This document shows positions 49,119 to 64,000 of a stretch of 64,000 nucleotides of DNA, piece by piece. The DNA is taken from NCBI RefSeq assembly GCF_009914755.1, contig NC_060943.1; one strand, 5' to 3'. Within the stretch, counting starts at the first letter, position 1. Each line of letters starts with the position of its first letter. Made by a program: the position numbers and the translations under genes. The stretch comes from the human T2T-CHM13v2.0 reference genome, Homo sapiens. The notes beneath the pieces are model-generated. The model was not told where the DNA came from. It ran no database searches and saw only the letters and a list, made by a program, of their open reading frames with translations.

Positions 49119-50589
49119 TGCCCCCAGTTTTAGATGATCAGTTTAGTTTAGATCAGAGAGCTTAGGCAGCCACCTCAAGGTTATACAACAAGCAAGAAGC
49201 ATTGTTAGGAAGGGAGTGTCCACCGCTTCCTGACAATAGTGGCTGAGATGACTTCCCGGGCATGGGAATGGGAGAGGGAGACATTGAATCCCCCAATTTG
49301 GACCCGTCCAGGTTATCTAAGCACAACCTCTTGCAATGCTGAATGGGAGGGGTCCTGCCTCTGGCTAGTCAGGAAAGACCTTCTTTATTTTGGGCTAGAA
49401 GTGCCCCCTCATAATTGCCACCTAACAGTCCTCCTTCTGCCCTCTGTGGTCACAGGTAAGTGGAGCTCTGTTTCTCTCACTGTAAGACTAGCAGATGCTA
49501 GAAGCAGCTGTGCCCTTTCACCGCCAACCCCTGGTTTCTTCGATTGTTACTTGGAGGCTTTCCTGGCTGCCCTCAAAGTATCTTCTTGGTGTGGGCTGAT
49601 TAGCTCCCACCTTAATTACCTCCTGACATCACCTCAAAGCTCACTTTAGGCTGAAGAAAAACTATAAAGTAAATGCTTCTTATTTTACTGCCAGTGAAAT
49701 GATGAGCTTTTCAGTGCTGTGGATTTTTTTTTTTCTTATCATGTTCACGTCTGACCTTTCAGAGGCTGACTTCTAAAATGCAGGTTAGCAAAAGTCATGT
49801 CAGGAGGAGATGGAGATGTCTCCTCTCCTCTGCATCTGTGAAGAGGACAGTGAGTGCAATCTGCACCATAAATCTAGTTTGCAGAATCCGATAGGACGAG
49901 GTGTAAAAGAGGGCATGGCAATGCGGGAGTAGCTTTGTGAGAATTGCTCTTTGCATAAAAACCAGAGGCCTCGTGCTGCCTCAGATCCCGCGTGGCCGGG
50001 ATGCTCACATCTGCAGCCTGGTATCTCCATCTCTCACTCTGCTGCTACATCCTCTCCACTCCAGCTATGCTGTGCAGACTCACCATCCTCTCTCAGCACT
50101 GGTCTTTTGTACACACTATTCCTTCTCATTGAAATACTGTTCCCTGCATTCTTTGTCTAGTTAAATCCCCTCATCCTTTAAGTCTCTGCTCAAACTTCGT
50201 GTCCTTGGAGAAGCCTTGTTCGAATTCCTTCTGTTATCTTCTCTCATGAATTCCTATACTTCTCCTTCATAGCAGGTGTATAGAACATAGCACACATAAG
50301 GCACGTGTTTATATGTGTTTTTGTGGTTGAGTAAAGTGTGCCCCTGTCCTTTTAGGACAGCCTGTGCCAGGGCAGGGACCAGGTCTTGGTCACTGCTGAC
50401 TAGCAGTGTGCTCATAAAGGTTTGACAACCCTTGTAGGGGCTGGGGGATGCTGACTTATAGAGTTGCTGATTCCGTAGTATAAATCTTCCACCACGACTG
50501 ATTTCAAGCTACCAATGTGAGTTCAACCATAACTCCTGAAAAACTTAACAAAGGGCTCTTGTGAGTTGGGATAAACTGGCTTCAGCACA

Positions 50590-51277
<688 letters not shown>

Positions 51278-51724
51278 ACACGCCACTGCTGCTGACCCTC
51301 CAACACCTGGTACAGATTTGTGGAATGAATGAATGAAGTTAGGCCCAGAAAGCAGAGCCTCCTCTGCCTGTGCCTATCCATGGTATACTCTCCATCTGTC
51401 TGCTGTAGAAATTAGCTTTAAGCAAAAGTACAGCATTTTCTATCAAGTAAAATACATTCAGTGTAATGCAAAGGAATATTCTATGAGTAAAACTTTCCCA
51501 TTTTCCCCTGGTGTTAAAACATACTTTCTAGTGTGTAATTAGAGCTTTGCATGCTGTGAGTAGTGACTCGTTAGTGGTTCATGAGATCAATTTAGAAGGT
51601 CCTAACCAGCAATTTTTTTCTGAAATGGAATTAAGTAGAATAAAAAAGAAATTTCAGAGTATCAGAGTTTGTCTCCAGCCTTAAGTAAGTGTTACTTTGG
51701 TAAACTCTTATTGTGAGTGTGTAT

Positions 51725-52409
51725 TGTTGACAGAAAAGCCAAACTTTGTGAAATATTTAAAGAGGTTTATTCTGAGCCTATATGAGTGGCCATGGCCTGG
51801 GGTACAGTCTCAAGAGATCCTGAGAACATGTGCCTGAGGGGGTCAGGTTACAGTTTGGTTTTATACATTTTAGGGAGACAGGAGTTACAGGCAAAGACAT
51901 AAATCAATACACGGAAGGTGTACATTGGTTCAGCCTAAAGAGGTGGGATGTCTTGAGTCAGAGGGTGGGGAACAGGGCTTACAGGCGGATTCAAAGACTT
52001 TCTGATTGCCATTTGGTTGGAAGAGTTAAGCTTTGCCTAAAGACTGAAGAAGTCCTTAGAAAGGAATGCTTGAGCTAACATAAGGGGTTGTAGAAGACAA
52101 GGCCCTTGTTATGCAGATGAAGTCTCCTAAGTGGCAGCGCTCAGAGAACATGTGACCAGGGTCAGCTTGGAATTTGGGATCTGATTGCCATAAAGAGTCT
52201 ACTCTGTCAGTCCTGTGATCTGTATTTTAATGTTAATGTTGGTCAGTTGGGCCTAAACTCCAGAAGGGAGGGGCTAGAATGAGGCATGTGCACCTCCCAT
52301 TTCTTCATGGCTAGAATTCAGTTGTTCAGATGTCTCTGGGGTCCCTTTGGCCCAGAAGGGGGTCCACTTAGTTAGTTGGGGGGCTCAGGATTTTATTTTT
52401 GGTTCAAAG
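51725..52409 (-). mobile_element. MER4-family solo LTR
   Basis: aaagaggtttattctgagcc, gagaacatgtgcc..., ggattttatttttggtt end; reverse complement similar to 46784-46970. Confidence 0.75.
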
Positions 52410-53315
52410 TATATATTCTAGGTTGTGATGTCAAATGACTCTCTTACAGTTAACAACAAAAGTGTGAAAGCTACTGTGGTTGATAGCAATATCCTTTGGT
52501 TTAGTAGCTTTGTTTTGTTTTCCATGTTATTACTTGGAAATTCTTTTCCCCTGGACCCTCCTAAGTCTCTGTCTCCTATCCCCCAGAGACCTAAAGGGTG
52601 AAGACACTGAGCTTCCAGATTTGAGGGCAGGAGAGTCCTAGTGAGGCCTGGCTTGGAGGCCAGGGAACTTCCTATTCCAGTCTGCAATGTTACCCTTCAA
52701 TCTCCAGCTCCCCTGGCTGTTGGTGCCCACCCCAGAGTTGTGGAAGCCCTTTCAGTCTAGCTGCCCCACTTGGTGACAGCATGGGCAGGGCAGGACAGGG
52801 AGCATCATGGGGTTCATGCTTTCTGCCGTCCAGCCTCCCTACATGCAGGGCGATGGCCCCTAGCTGACCCTTGAGAGCTGAGGGGAGGCTAGGAAGAGGG
52901 TTAAAGGCGAAGCCAGACCCAGGCCAACATTGAAGTCACATGGTCTGCCAGGAAACCCCTCTCTATATTGTAGCTGGTTGAACTAATTATATTATAAATA
53001 CTTTTCCATTTTCTGCCTAGAACCATGCTCTAGACATCTGCATGAGGTCATTAAACCTGCACCACAGCCATGCACACACACGTGTGTGTGTGTGTGTGTA
53101 AAAGACAGACATGAGGTATAGAAGAGCAATATAGAGGTCTTCATATTATGGGGGAACAGACAGTCCCAGAGCAGGGAGGTCACTTGAACAGGGTCACAGA
53201 GGCAGGAGGCCACGAACCTGGCTGGACACTGCAGGGCCAAGCAGGTAAACACTGTGCCTGACTCGCACCCAGACTTCGCAACAACCCTAGAATATTCATA
53301 AGTCAGTAATAATAG

Positions 53316-53862
53316 TGTTACAGGAAAGGAGTCCCGATCCAGACCCCAAGAGAGGGTTCTTGGATTCCCACAAGAGAGAATTCAGGGCAGGTCCATAAAG
53401 TGAAAGCAAGTTTATTAGGAAAATAAAGGAATAAAGAATGGCTACTCCATAGACAGAGCAGCCCCGAGGACTGCTGGTTGCCCATTTTTATGGTTATTTC
53501 TTGATGATATGCTACACAAGGGGTGGATTATTCATTTCTCCCCTTTTTAGACCATAGAGGGTAACTTCCCGACATCGCCATGGTATTTGTAAACTGTCAT
53601 GGCGCTGGTGGGAGTGTAGCAGTGAGGACGACCAGAGGTCACTCTCGTGGCCATCTTGGTTTTGATGGGTATTATCTGGCTTCTTTATTGCATCCTGTTT
53701 TATCAGCAAGGTCTTTATGACCTGCATCTTGTGTTGACCTCCTATCTCACCCTGTGACTCAGAATGCCTTAACCATCTGGGGATGCAGCCCAGTAAGTCT
53801 CAGCCTCATTTTACCTGGCCCCTACTCAAGATGGGGTTGCTCTGGTTCAAACGCCTCTGACA
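53316..53862 (-). mobile_element. MER41A-like solo LTR (no GAS module)
   Basis: Same termini as 13751-14360 but lacks the 43-bp segment at the 53535/53536 junction. Confidence 0.85.
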
Positions 53863-54739
53863 GGGTGACAACTGTGACCACAACAGATTCACAAACATGA
53901 CATTTTCAGAGAGAGGAAGGTATGCAGGGTGGTGTGATTTGGAAGAGGCTGTGGGCGTAGAGGGATGGGTAATTCAGTTGGGGTGGTCAGGGAGGGCTGC
54001 TTGGTGGAGGGGACTCTTGGCTGAGACCTGAGGGCTGTGAAGTTCTTAGAGAAGGGTGTTCCAGGCAGAGGGAACAGCAAGCACAAAGGCCTGAGACGAG
54101 AGCTAGCTTGGTATGCAAGAGGAACAGAAAAGAGGAAGTGAGAGTAAGGCGGGGGAGGGAAGGGGCAGGGAATGGAGGCTGTGGAGAGGGGAGGGTTTCC
54201 AGGCAGCCCAGGACCCTCAAGGAGAGAAACGTTGGATGTAGTCTCCCAGGTAGGGTCCATCTGGCCCTTCCTCCTGGCTCCTGCGGAGTCCGAGTGGCTC
54301 TTTCCCTCCTTCCCTCCTCTCCCCTCCTCCTTCTCTCCCTCTCCATTTTCCCTGCAAGGTCTGCAGCCCAACTCCAGCTCTCCCATTACTACAGGGGCTG
54401 GTGGGTCCTTCTGAGCAAGAAGATGGGGCTCTTTGTCTACAGTGTCTGTCTATAGTCATTCACCCACTCATTCATTTAATCATTCACTCATTCATTCATT
54501 CATTTAGCCACTCATTTGTCAAATATTGATTTTTCTCAGGTGTTTTGCCCTCACAGGTCCTGCCGCCTAAAACACTGACTTCTTATCTCTCAAGGCTTTG
54601 CTTTCAACACTGTCTCTTCCAAGACCTCTCCCTGACCACTCCCAACTTACTAAACCCCTATCACCCTGTTAGCTTTTGAATGCTCTTCATGGTAAAACAG
54701 GACAGGTTGATGCTCTCCGGGGCTCTCTCTACACACAAG

Positions 54740-55190
54740 AGAGAGATTAGCCTGACGGGCATTCGTTTACCCTTCTCATTTTCTTTGGGAACCAGCCTCC
54801 CCTGCTCTTAGTCTATGTGATTCGGACACAGCCAACTACATTCCCCAGATCCAGAAAAGAACACGCCATTCCAAGTAAAGCCAATGAGAGACAGCTGCAG
54901 GACTTTTGCTGGAACTATTGGGAAAGTGGTGTTTCTTTTTCTGCTATGGTTACTTATCTGCTATGCTCTAAGCCTGGAACTGCTGGAGGTCATCTTTGCT
55001 GCATGAAAATGAAGTCAATATTGAGGACAGCAGAGGTGAGAGGGAGAGAGGCATAATCCTGAGTGTATTGCAGGGGCACCTGGATCCAGCCATACCTGAA
55101 ATCCGAGACTTTCCATTCTAAGAACCAATACATTCTCTTTGTACTTAAGCTAGTTTGGGTTTTAATCACTTGTGCCAGAAGGCCTGATTG
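54740..55190 (+). mobile_element. MaLR LTR (MLT1J/K-like)
   Basis: gcacctggatccagccatacctgaa...aaccaatacattctctt motifs. Confidence 0.55.
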
Positions 55191-55538
55191 ATAATAAAAC
55201 CTCAAAGATAAGCAGGCAGTCAAGCTTAGGTACTTTCCTTTTAAGAGATGCGGGCAGGTGCTTCCTTCTCTCAGAAACCACTCCTCCTCTAGGACCTTCT
55301 ATTCTAAGAAGCCTGGGTGTTTGAGGTTCGTTCATCCTGAGGCATAAAAACAAGATCAAAGTGCCAGGCCAGACGGAGGCAGAGTGTCTACAGAAGCAGC
55401 CGTGCAACTAGCAGCAGGAATTGGGAATCTGCATTATTAATAAGCAAGCCCATTTTCCTTTACTTCTTTGTAAGCAGAGCCTTAATTTTATTAGCCTGTT
55501 TATTAGCTCTGACCATGTGTTCAGAAAAAGTACCCTCA

Positions 55539-56351
<813 letters not shown>

Positions 56352-57105
56352 AATAATGTAAGAGAAATAAACTTTTTCTTTTCCTCGCAGAGAGAATGTG
56401 GCAGTGTGAGGAGGCATTTGCTGGCTTAAGCTGGGCTCTCAAACTCTTAGTCTAGAGCAGAGTTCTAACAGCATCACGTGTTTTTGCTTTCTCTTTCATC
56501 CACGTTGAAGAAGAGGGGGTAGTAAAAATATTCCTCTGGTTTAACAAAAAATTCACAAATATTTATCCTTTTCAGAATCTACATGCAATTTAAGTATTAG
56601 TCCCAGGGCGATAAAGCAGAATCACAGATGCTGGAATGTTAAAGTTTCTTTGACAAGACATACTGATGATCTCTGAAGTCCCTGCGGCCTGCAAAGAATA
56701 TTTGCAAACAGAGTTTTATGATGCTGAGGATGATTCTGAAGCCACAGAGAAAGACATCATTTTTCTTCTTTTCTTTCTGCAATTTCTTTCATTAGCACTT
56801 CGGAGCACCTATAGTCGCCATGAGTTGAAATCTCATGAGTTAGTAGTAAGAGCAGAATCAGAGAGGCTAAACACTGAAAATACAGAAAGGAAATGGGTAG
56901 AGTAGGATTTTAGCAAGAGGAAGTATACGGTTGTGATGCTTTGCACCTATAGGAAATGATGGCTGGGGCTGTGGCAGCCACGTTACCACCGTGAGGGATG
57001 ACATTGCCCACATGCTGAGGAGCCTGAGTCTATAAGAACATCATTCAACTGATGCATTGACCCCTGGAGAACCTCCCCGCCTTTGGGGGACCAGCAGTTC
57101 TGTAA

Positions 57106-57553
<448 letters not shown>

Positions 57554-57680
57554 ATCCTTATTGTTTTAAGATGTTTGGAATTTGTTCTTCTCTTACTTGC
57601 AGCCAACAGCATCCTACATGAGGCAGCCAGGGTAAGTGGTCCACATACAATGGGTGAACAAGTGCTTATCCAGGAATTGA

Positions 57681-58172
<492 letters not shown>

Positions 58173-58448
58173 TCAATTCTAGCCGCCAATCACAAAATTT
58201 AACTAAGGTCCCTCCCAGCACACACCTGTCATCCATCCTGAAAATTTAAAGTAAAGGTATAAAAATATCAAAACCATGATTGCCTTTGGGGATGGAGTGG
58301 AGGTGGGGATTATCTGGGAAGGGGCATAAGGGGATTTTGCAGGGGTCACGGAGATGTTCTTTATCTTAACAGGGGCTTGTAGTCTAAAGCAGAAGCGTAT
58401 ACTTATTACATAAGTGCATTCATTGGTCAAAACTCAGCAAATGGAGAT

Positions 58449-58790
58449 GGGAACAGTGGCTCATGCCTGTAATCTCAGCTACTGAGGAGGCTGATGCATG
58501 GGGATCACTTGAGGCCAGGAGGTCAAGACCAGTCTGTGCAACACAGAAAGACCTTATCTCTTTTAAAAAAAAAATTGTTTTAATTCCCCAGGCATAGAAC
58601 TCACCCTGTGGAGAAAAAAAAAAAAAAATTAGCCAGGCGTGGTGGCATATTTCTGTAGTACCAGTTACTTTCAAGGCTGAGGCAGAAGGATCGCTTGAGC
58701 CCAGGAGGTCAAGGCTGCAGTAAACTATGATCACACCACTGCACTCCAGTCTGGGGTACAGAGTGGGAGCGCATCTCTAAATAATAATGA
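58449..58790 (+). mobile_element. AluJ (extra sequence in linker) inside an old L1 3' UTR
   Basis: Alu monomers; TSD-like TCAGCAAATGGA. Confidence 0.8.
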
Positions 58791-59072
58791 CAATACTAAG
58801 AAATTCAGCAAATGGATGTTTCATATGTGTGCATTTCATTGCATGCAAATTTATAAAATCTCAAAGATAACTGCAAACATTGAACTCCAGTTGGTGATAT
58901 GAATCCTGAAATGTTTAAGGGTAAAGAGTACTGATGTCTGCTTTAAAATTCTTTAACCTTCTTTAAAAATACATTTTTAAAAAATCAGATGACTTGATAG
59001 AGGAATGGACTGATAGATGTGTAATAAAGTAAATACAGAAAAATGTTAACAATTGTAGAATCTAGATGATGG

Positions 59073-59381
59073 GGCCAGGTGCGGTGGCTCATGCCTGTAA
59101 TCCCAGCACTTTGGGAAGCTGAGGCAGGTGGATCGATCACCTGAGGTCAGGAGTTTGAGACCAGCCTGGCCAACATGGTGAAACACCATCTCTACCAAAA
59201 ATACAAAAATTAGCCAGGCGTGACAGCGCATGCTTGTAATCCCAGCTACTCAGGAGAATCACTTGAACCCGGGAGGCAGAGGTTGCAGTGATCTGAGATC
59301 ATATCACTGCACTCCAGCCCGGGTGACAGAGTGAGACTCCGTGTCAAAAAATAAAATAAAATAAAATAAAATAAAATAAAA
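59073..59381 (+). mobile_element. AluS with (TAAAA)n tail
   Basis: Alu consensus. Confidence 0.9.
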
Positions 59382-59684
59382 GTGATGATGATCATAGTTA
59401 TGAACAACAGTGAGAGTTCACACACTGCCTGTACTGTGGGCAAAGCCCGTTCTCAGTGCTTCGTGTGAATGAATTTGTTCACTCCTCACTACAACCTTCT
59501 GAGATAGATACTGTTATTCTCATTCACAGATGTGGACCCTGAGACCAGGGAGGTTGCGTGGCATCATTACATCAGAAGGGGAGTGGTCTGAATCCACTCC
59601 TCCCCTTCCAGGGCAGGAAGTCAACAGAGAAGGGCTCTGTGGTAACGTTGACAATCACAAATCAGTGGCATAAACATCTCCTTA

Positions 59685-60321
<637 letters not shown>

Positions 60322-61359
60322 TGTGGAAATTGTGAGAGACACATGACAACAGAAATGTGACTACTGCTTGCCTCTGGAGGAAGGAAGAGGTGGTGGAGGA
60401 GAGATAGGTGGCTGGACACTGTGGCAACACCAGCATACCAGGGGCTGGGAGTGGGGGGCAGTCAGGACATGAGGCCAGAAGCTGTGAATCTTGGAATCTG
60501 CAGAGTGCCCCTTATGAGACCCCAAGCATTCATGTAAGCGTCCATGCCCCCACTGATGATATCTGGGCAGAGAGGCAATAAAATCAGAGTTGTTGATCAA
60601 GATTTGGAGGCTGCGGTTGGAGGCCGGACATCCTGCCTGCAGGGCAGGCTTCAGCTTGGAAGCTTGCGGCCCAGAACAGTCCCCGTGGGCACACCCAGGC
60701 AGAGGGTTTTGCTAGGTGTCTGACCCAGCTTCCAAAGCCAGGGTCTAATAACAACAGCGCCACCAACAACAGGAAACATTTGTGACGCACATGCTGCCAA
60801 AGCACTGTTCTAAGCACTCCTTACAGTTTAATCCTCCCAACAATAAGAATGAGGTAGGTACCAGTGCTAACCCCATTTTACATAGGGGGAAACTTAGGCA
60901 CAGAGAGGAGACCCCATGAAAGGCAATGGGGACACCTCCAGGAACCTCCCACCAAAAAAGATCACTGCAGAGTAAGGACAAATCGAACATCAGATTTCCT
61001 CAAGGGTGGGCACTTTCTCGATGCATTTCTGGTGCCCTCTTTTGGATTTCAGCCTCAGTGGCCACAACACCACGGGTGTCAGTGACAGGAGCAAACCAAA
61101 TGCACTGGGGACTCAGCTGGGAGGAGCTGCCCTGGCATTCCCACCATGTCCGTGAAATGGGGGGAATCGTGGTATGTACTTGAGAATCAACAGAGGCTGG
61201 GCGAGGAAGACTTGGGATACTTGTGAGCCCATTCTAACATCAGCAATTGCTAATATCATGTTTATTGCCTTGAATAAAAGAGATGAAGAAATAAAGGAAA
61301 AAGAGGAAAGGAAGGGGGAAAGGAATGAAGAAAGGAGAGACAAGAAATAAAGCATTTTA

Positions 61360-62073
<714 letters not shown>

Positions 62074-62087
62074 CTATTCAGAAAACA

Positions 62088-62376
62088 GTTGTTTTGTTTT
62101 GTTTTGTTTTGAGACGGAGTCTTGCTCTGTCACCCAGGCAGGAGTGCAGTGGCATGATCTCGGCTCACTGCAACCCCACCTCCTGGGTTCAAGTGATTCT
62201 TCTGCCTCAGCCTCCTGAGTAGCTGGGATTATAGGTACACGCCACCATGCCCAGCTAATTTTTGTATTTTTAGTAGAGACGGGGTTTCAACATATTGGCC
62301 AGGCTGGTCTCAAACTCCTGACCTCATGATCCACTCACTTTGGCCTCCCAAAGTGCTGGGATTACCGCGCCCGGCC
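62088..62376 (-). mobile_element. AluS
   Basis: Reverse Alu with (GTTTT)n tail. Confidence 0.9.
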
Positions 62377-63601
62377 AAGAATTTTGTCTTTAAAGGAGTT
62401 GACAGTGGGGTGTGGACCGTGTAGCCGAGACAGCTTGCAGGGTGAGTTAAGAGTCCGCCTGGATTCCATCCCCAGCCCTGCCACACTTTGTCCATGAAGC
62501 AAGTGACTGTCCCTTCCCAAGCCTCAGTTTCTGCACTGCAGAATGGGGACCATTGTCCGTGGCATTTCCACAGGTTGGCGTGAGAACCTGTTGAGCCCAC
62601 GCAGCAAGGTGTGCCTGTTGTCTATGGTAAGGGGCAGACGGCATTGCCTACTTTCCACTCGTAAGATGTCATTGCATGTACCCGGTTCTCACTTGGCAGA
62701 TGAATCAAAGGGCTATAAATAGCCATGTCTTGGTTTCTCATAAACGCATTAAATATGACTTGGCATCTTGCCCAGGCTTCCTGTCAGGGCAGTGGACGAG
62801 GATTGTTTTGCAGAGGTCTGATGAGTGTCAAGGTTATAGTCACGTGCAGGTGCGTGAGGCAGGACTCGAAGTGAGCCCCAGCTGCCCTGGGGAATGAGGG
62901 GGTCTTCCCTTCCACCCCCATGCCCTCCTTGGCATAGGTTTACACCAGCCACTGTGGGCCCTGGCAAGCCCCGCCTTGTGGCTCAGGCTGGGCCACTGGC
63001 CTCTTTGCTGGCTTTGCCTGGACTCACCCCACTGGTCCAGCTTGCATTTGGTCAGTCTATTCACAGGTGAATTCTGGGAAGACTGGACCTGGCTATGGGA
63101 AGAGGGGAGAGGAGGGAAAGGTGGACACATGACTCGTGAGCTTGCTGGGCTGTCCTGGGCCCCTCCCTCCATCTTACTTCATGAAGTTCTCTGAGGCTGA
63201 CCTCACCCCTGACTCAGGGATGAGGCCCTGGGGGTGGCAGATGTGGACTCTGGAACCCCGCTGCCTAGGTTCAAGTCCCAGCTGCTCCATAGAGGACCTC
63301 AGGCTTGTCTATGCTCTCAGTACCTCAATTTCCCCCCTCTGTGAAATGAAGGTAATGCCTCATAGAATCTACCTCATAGGGCTGCTGGAAGGATTCAATG
63401 GATGTTGATCATGATCATGATTTCCTGATACTCAGAATAATGCCAGGCACAGATTATCTGCTCTGAAAAACGTTTTGCTATTATTATTTTTCTGCTAGTG
63501 ATAGTTAAGAGCAAGGACTCTAGACCCAGCCCAGTTGGGTTCAACGCTCAGCTCCACCACTTGCAACCAATGTAACCTTAAACCTGGATATAATCTCTCT
63601 G

Positions 63602-64000
63602 TGTCAGAGGCATGTGAACCAGAACAACTCCATCTTGAATGGGGCTGGGTAAAATGAGGCTGCATTCCCAGATGGTTAGGCATTCTAACTCACAGGATGA
63701 GATTGGAGGTCAGCACAAGATACAGGTCATAATGACCTTGCTGATAAAACAGTTTGCAGTAAAGAAGCTGGCCAAAACCCACCAAAACCAGAGTGACCTC
63801 TGTTCGTCCTCAATATGACACTCCCATCAGCACCATGACAGTTTACAAATACCATGGCAACATCAGGAAGTTACCCTATATGGTCTAAAAAGGGGAGACA
63901 TGAATAACCCACCCCTTGTTTAGCGTAACATCAAGAAATAACCATAAAAATGGGCAGCCAGATGCCCTCAGGGCTGCTCTGTCTATTGAGTAGCCATTCT
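63602..64000 (+). mobile_element. MER41A-like LTR (runs off window; no GAS module), inserted in a MIR
   Basis: Starts TGTCAGAGGCATGTGAACCAGAACAACTCCATCTTGAAT; aggggagacatgaataa at about 63891 lacks the 43-bp segment. Confidence 0.85.

Overview
Human (primate) genomic DNA, not prokaryotic. It is recognisable as the FXYD1-FXYD7-FXYD5 cluster on chr19q13.1. The window holds the last three exons of FXYD7 (+; stop at 2539-2541, AATAAA at 2899) and, about 0.4 kb later, the CpG-rich promoter and complete FXYD5/dysadherin gene (+; non-coding exon 1, coding exons 4176-18265; 537 nt = 178 aa + stop). About 45 kb of repeat-dense intergenic DNA follows. It contains roughly 45 Alus, L1/L2/MIR fragments, MaLR and ERV1 solo LTRs, and a decayed, heavily interrupted ERV-L provirus (about 27.8-47.7 kb; PBS, gag, integrase and dUTPase remnants, two LTRs). 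Almost every ORF in the supplied track is a repeat-derived artefact. I see no new protein-coding system. The best leads are: (1) an intronic MER41B LTR in FXYD5 that keeps the 43-bp tandem GAS/STAT1 module, which the two other MER41 copies lack; (2) Alus of different subfamilies at the identical nucleotide, with the same 14-nt TSD, in both LTRs of the provirus; (3) FXYD5 splice architecture (stop codon inside a consensus donor, Kozak context set by exon-1 donor choice, internal in-frame ATG); (4) a perfect 136-bp intra-Alu duplication; (5) an orphan mRNA 3'-UTR retrocopy. Repeat subfamily names come from recalled consensus sequences and need RepeatMasker/Dfam confirmation. Repeat boundaries are approximate unless TSDs or termini are cited.
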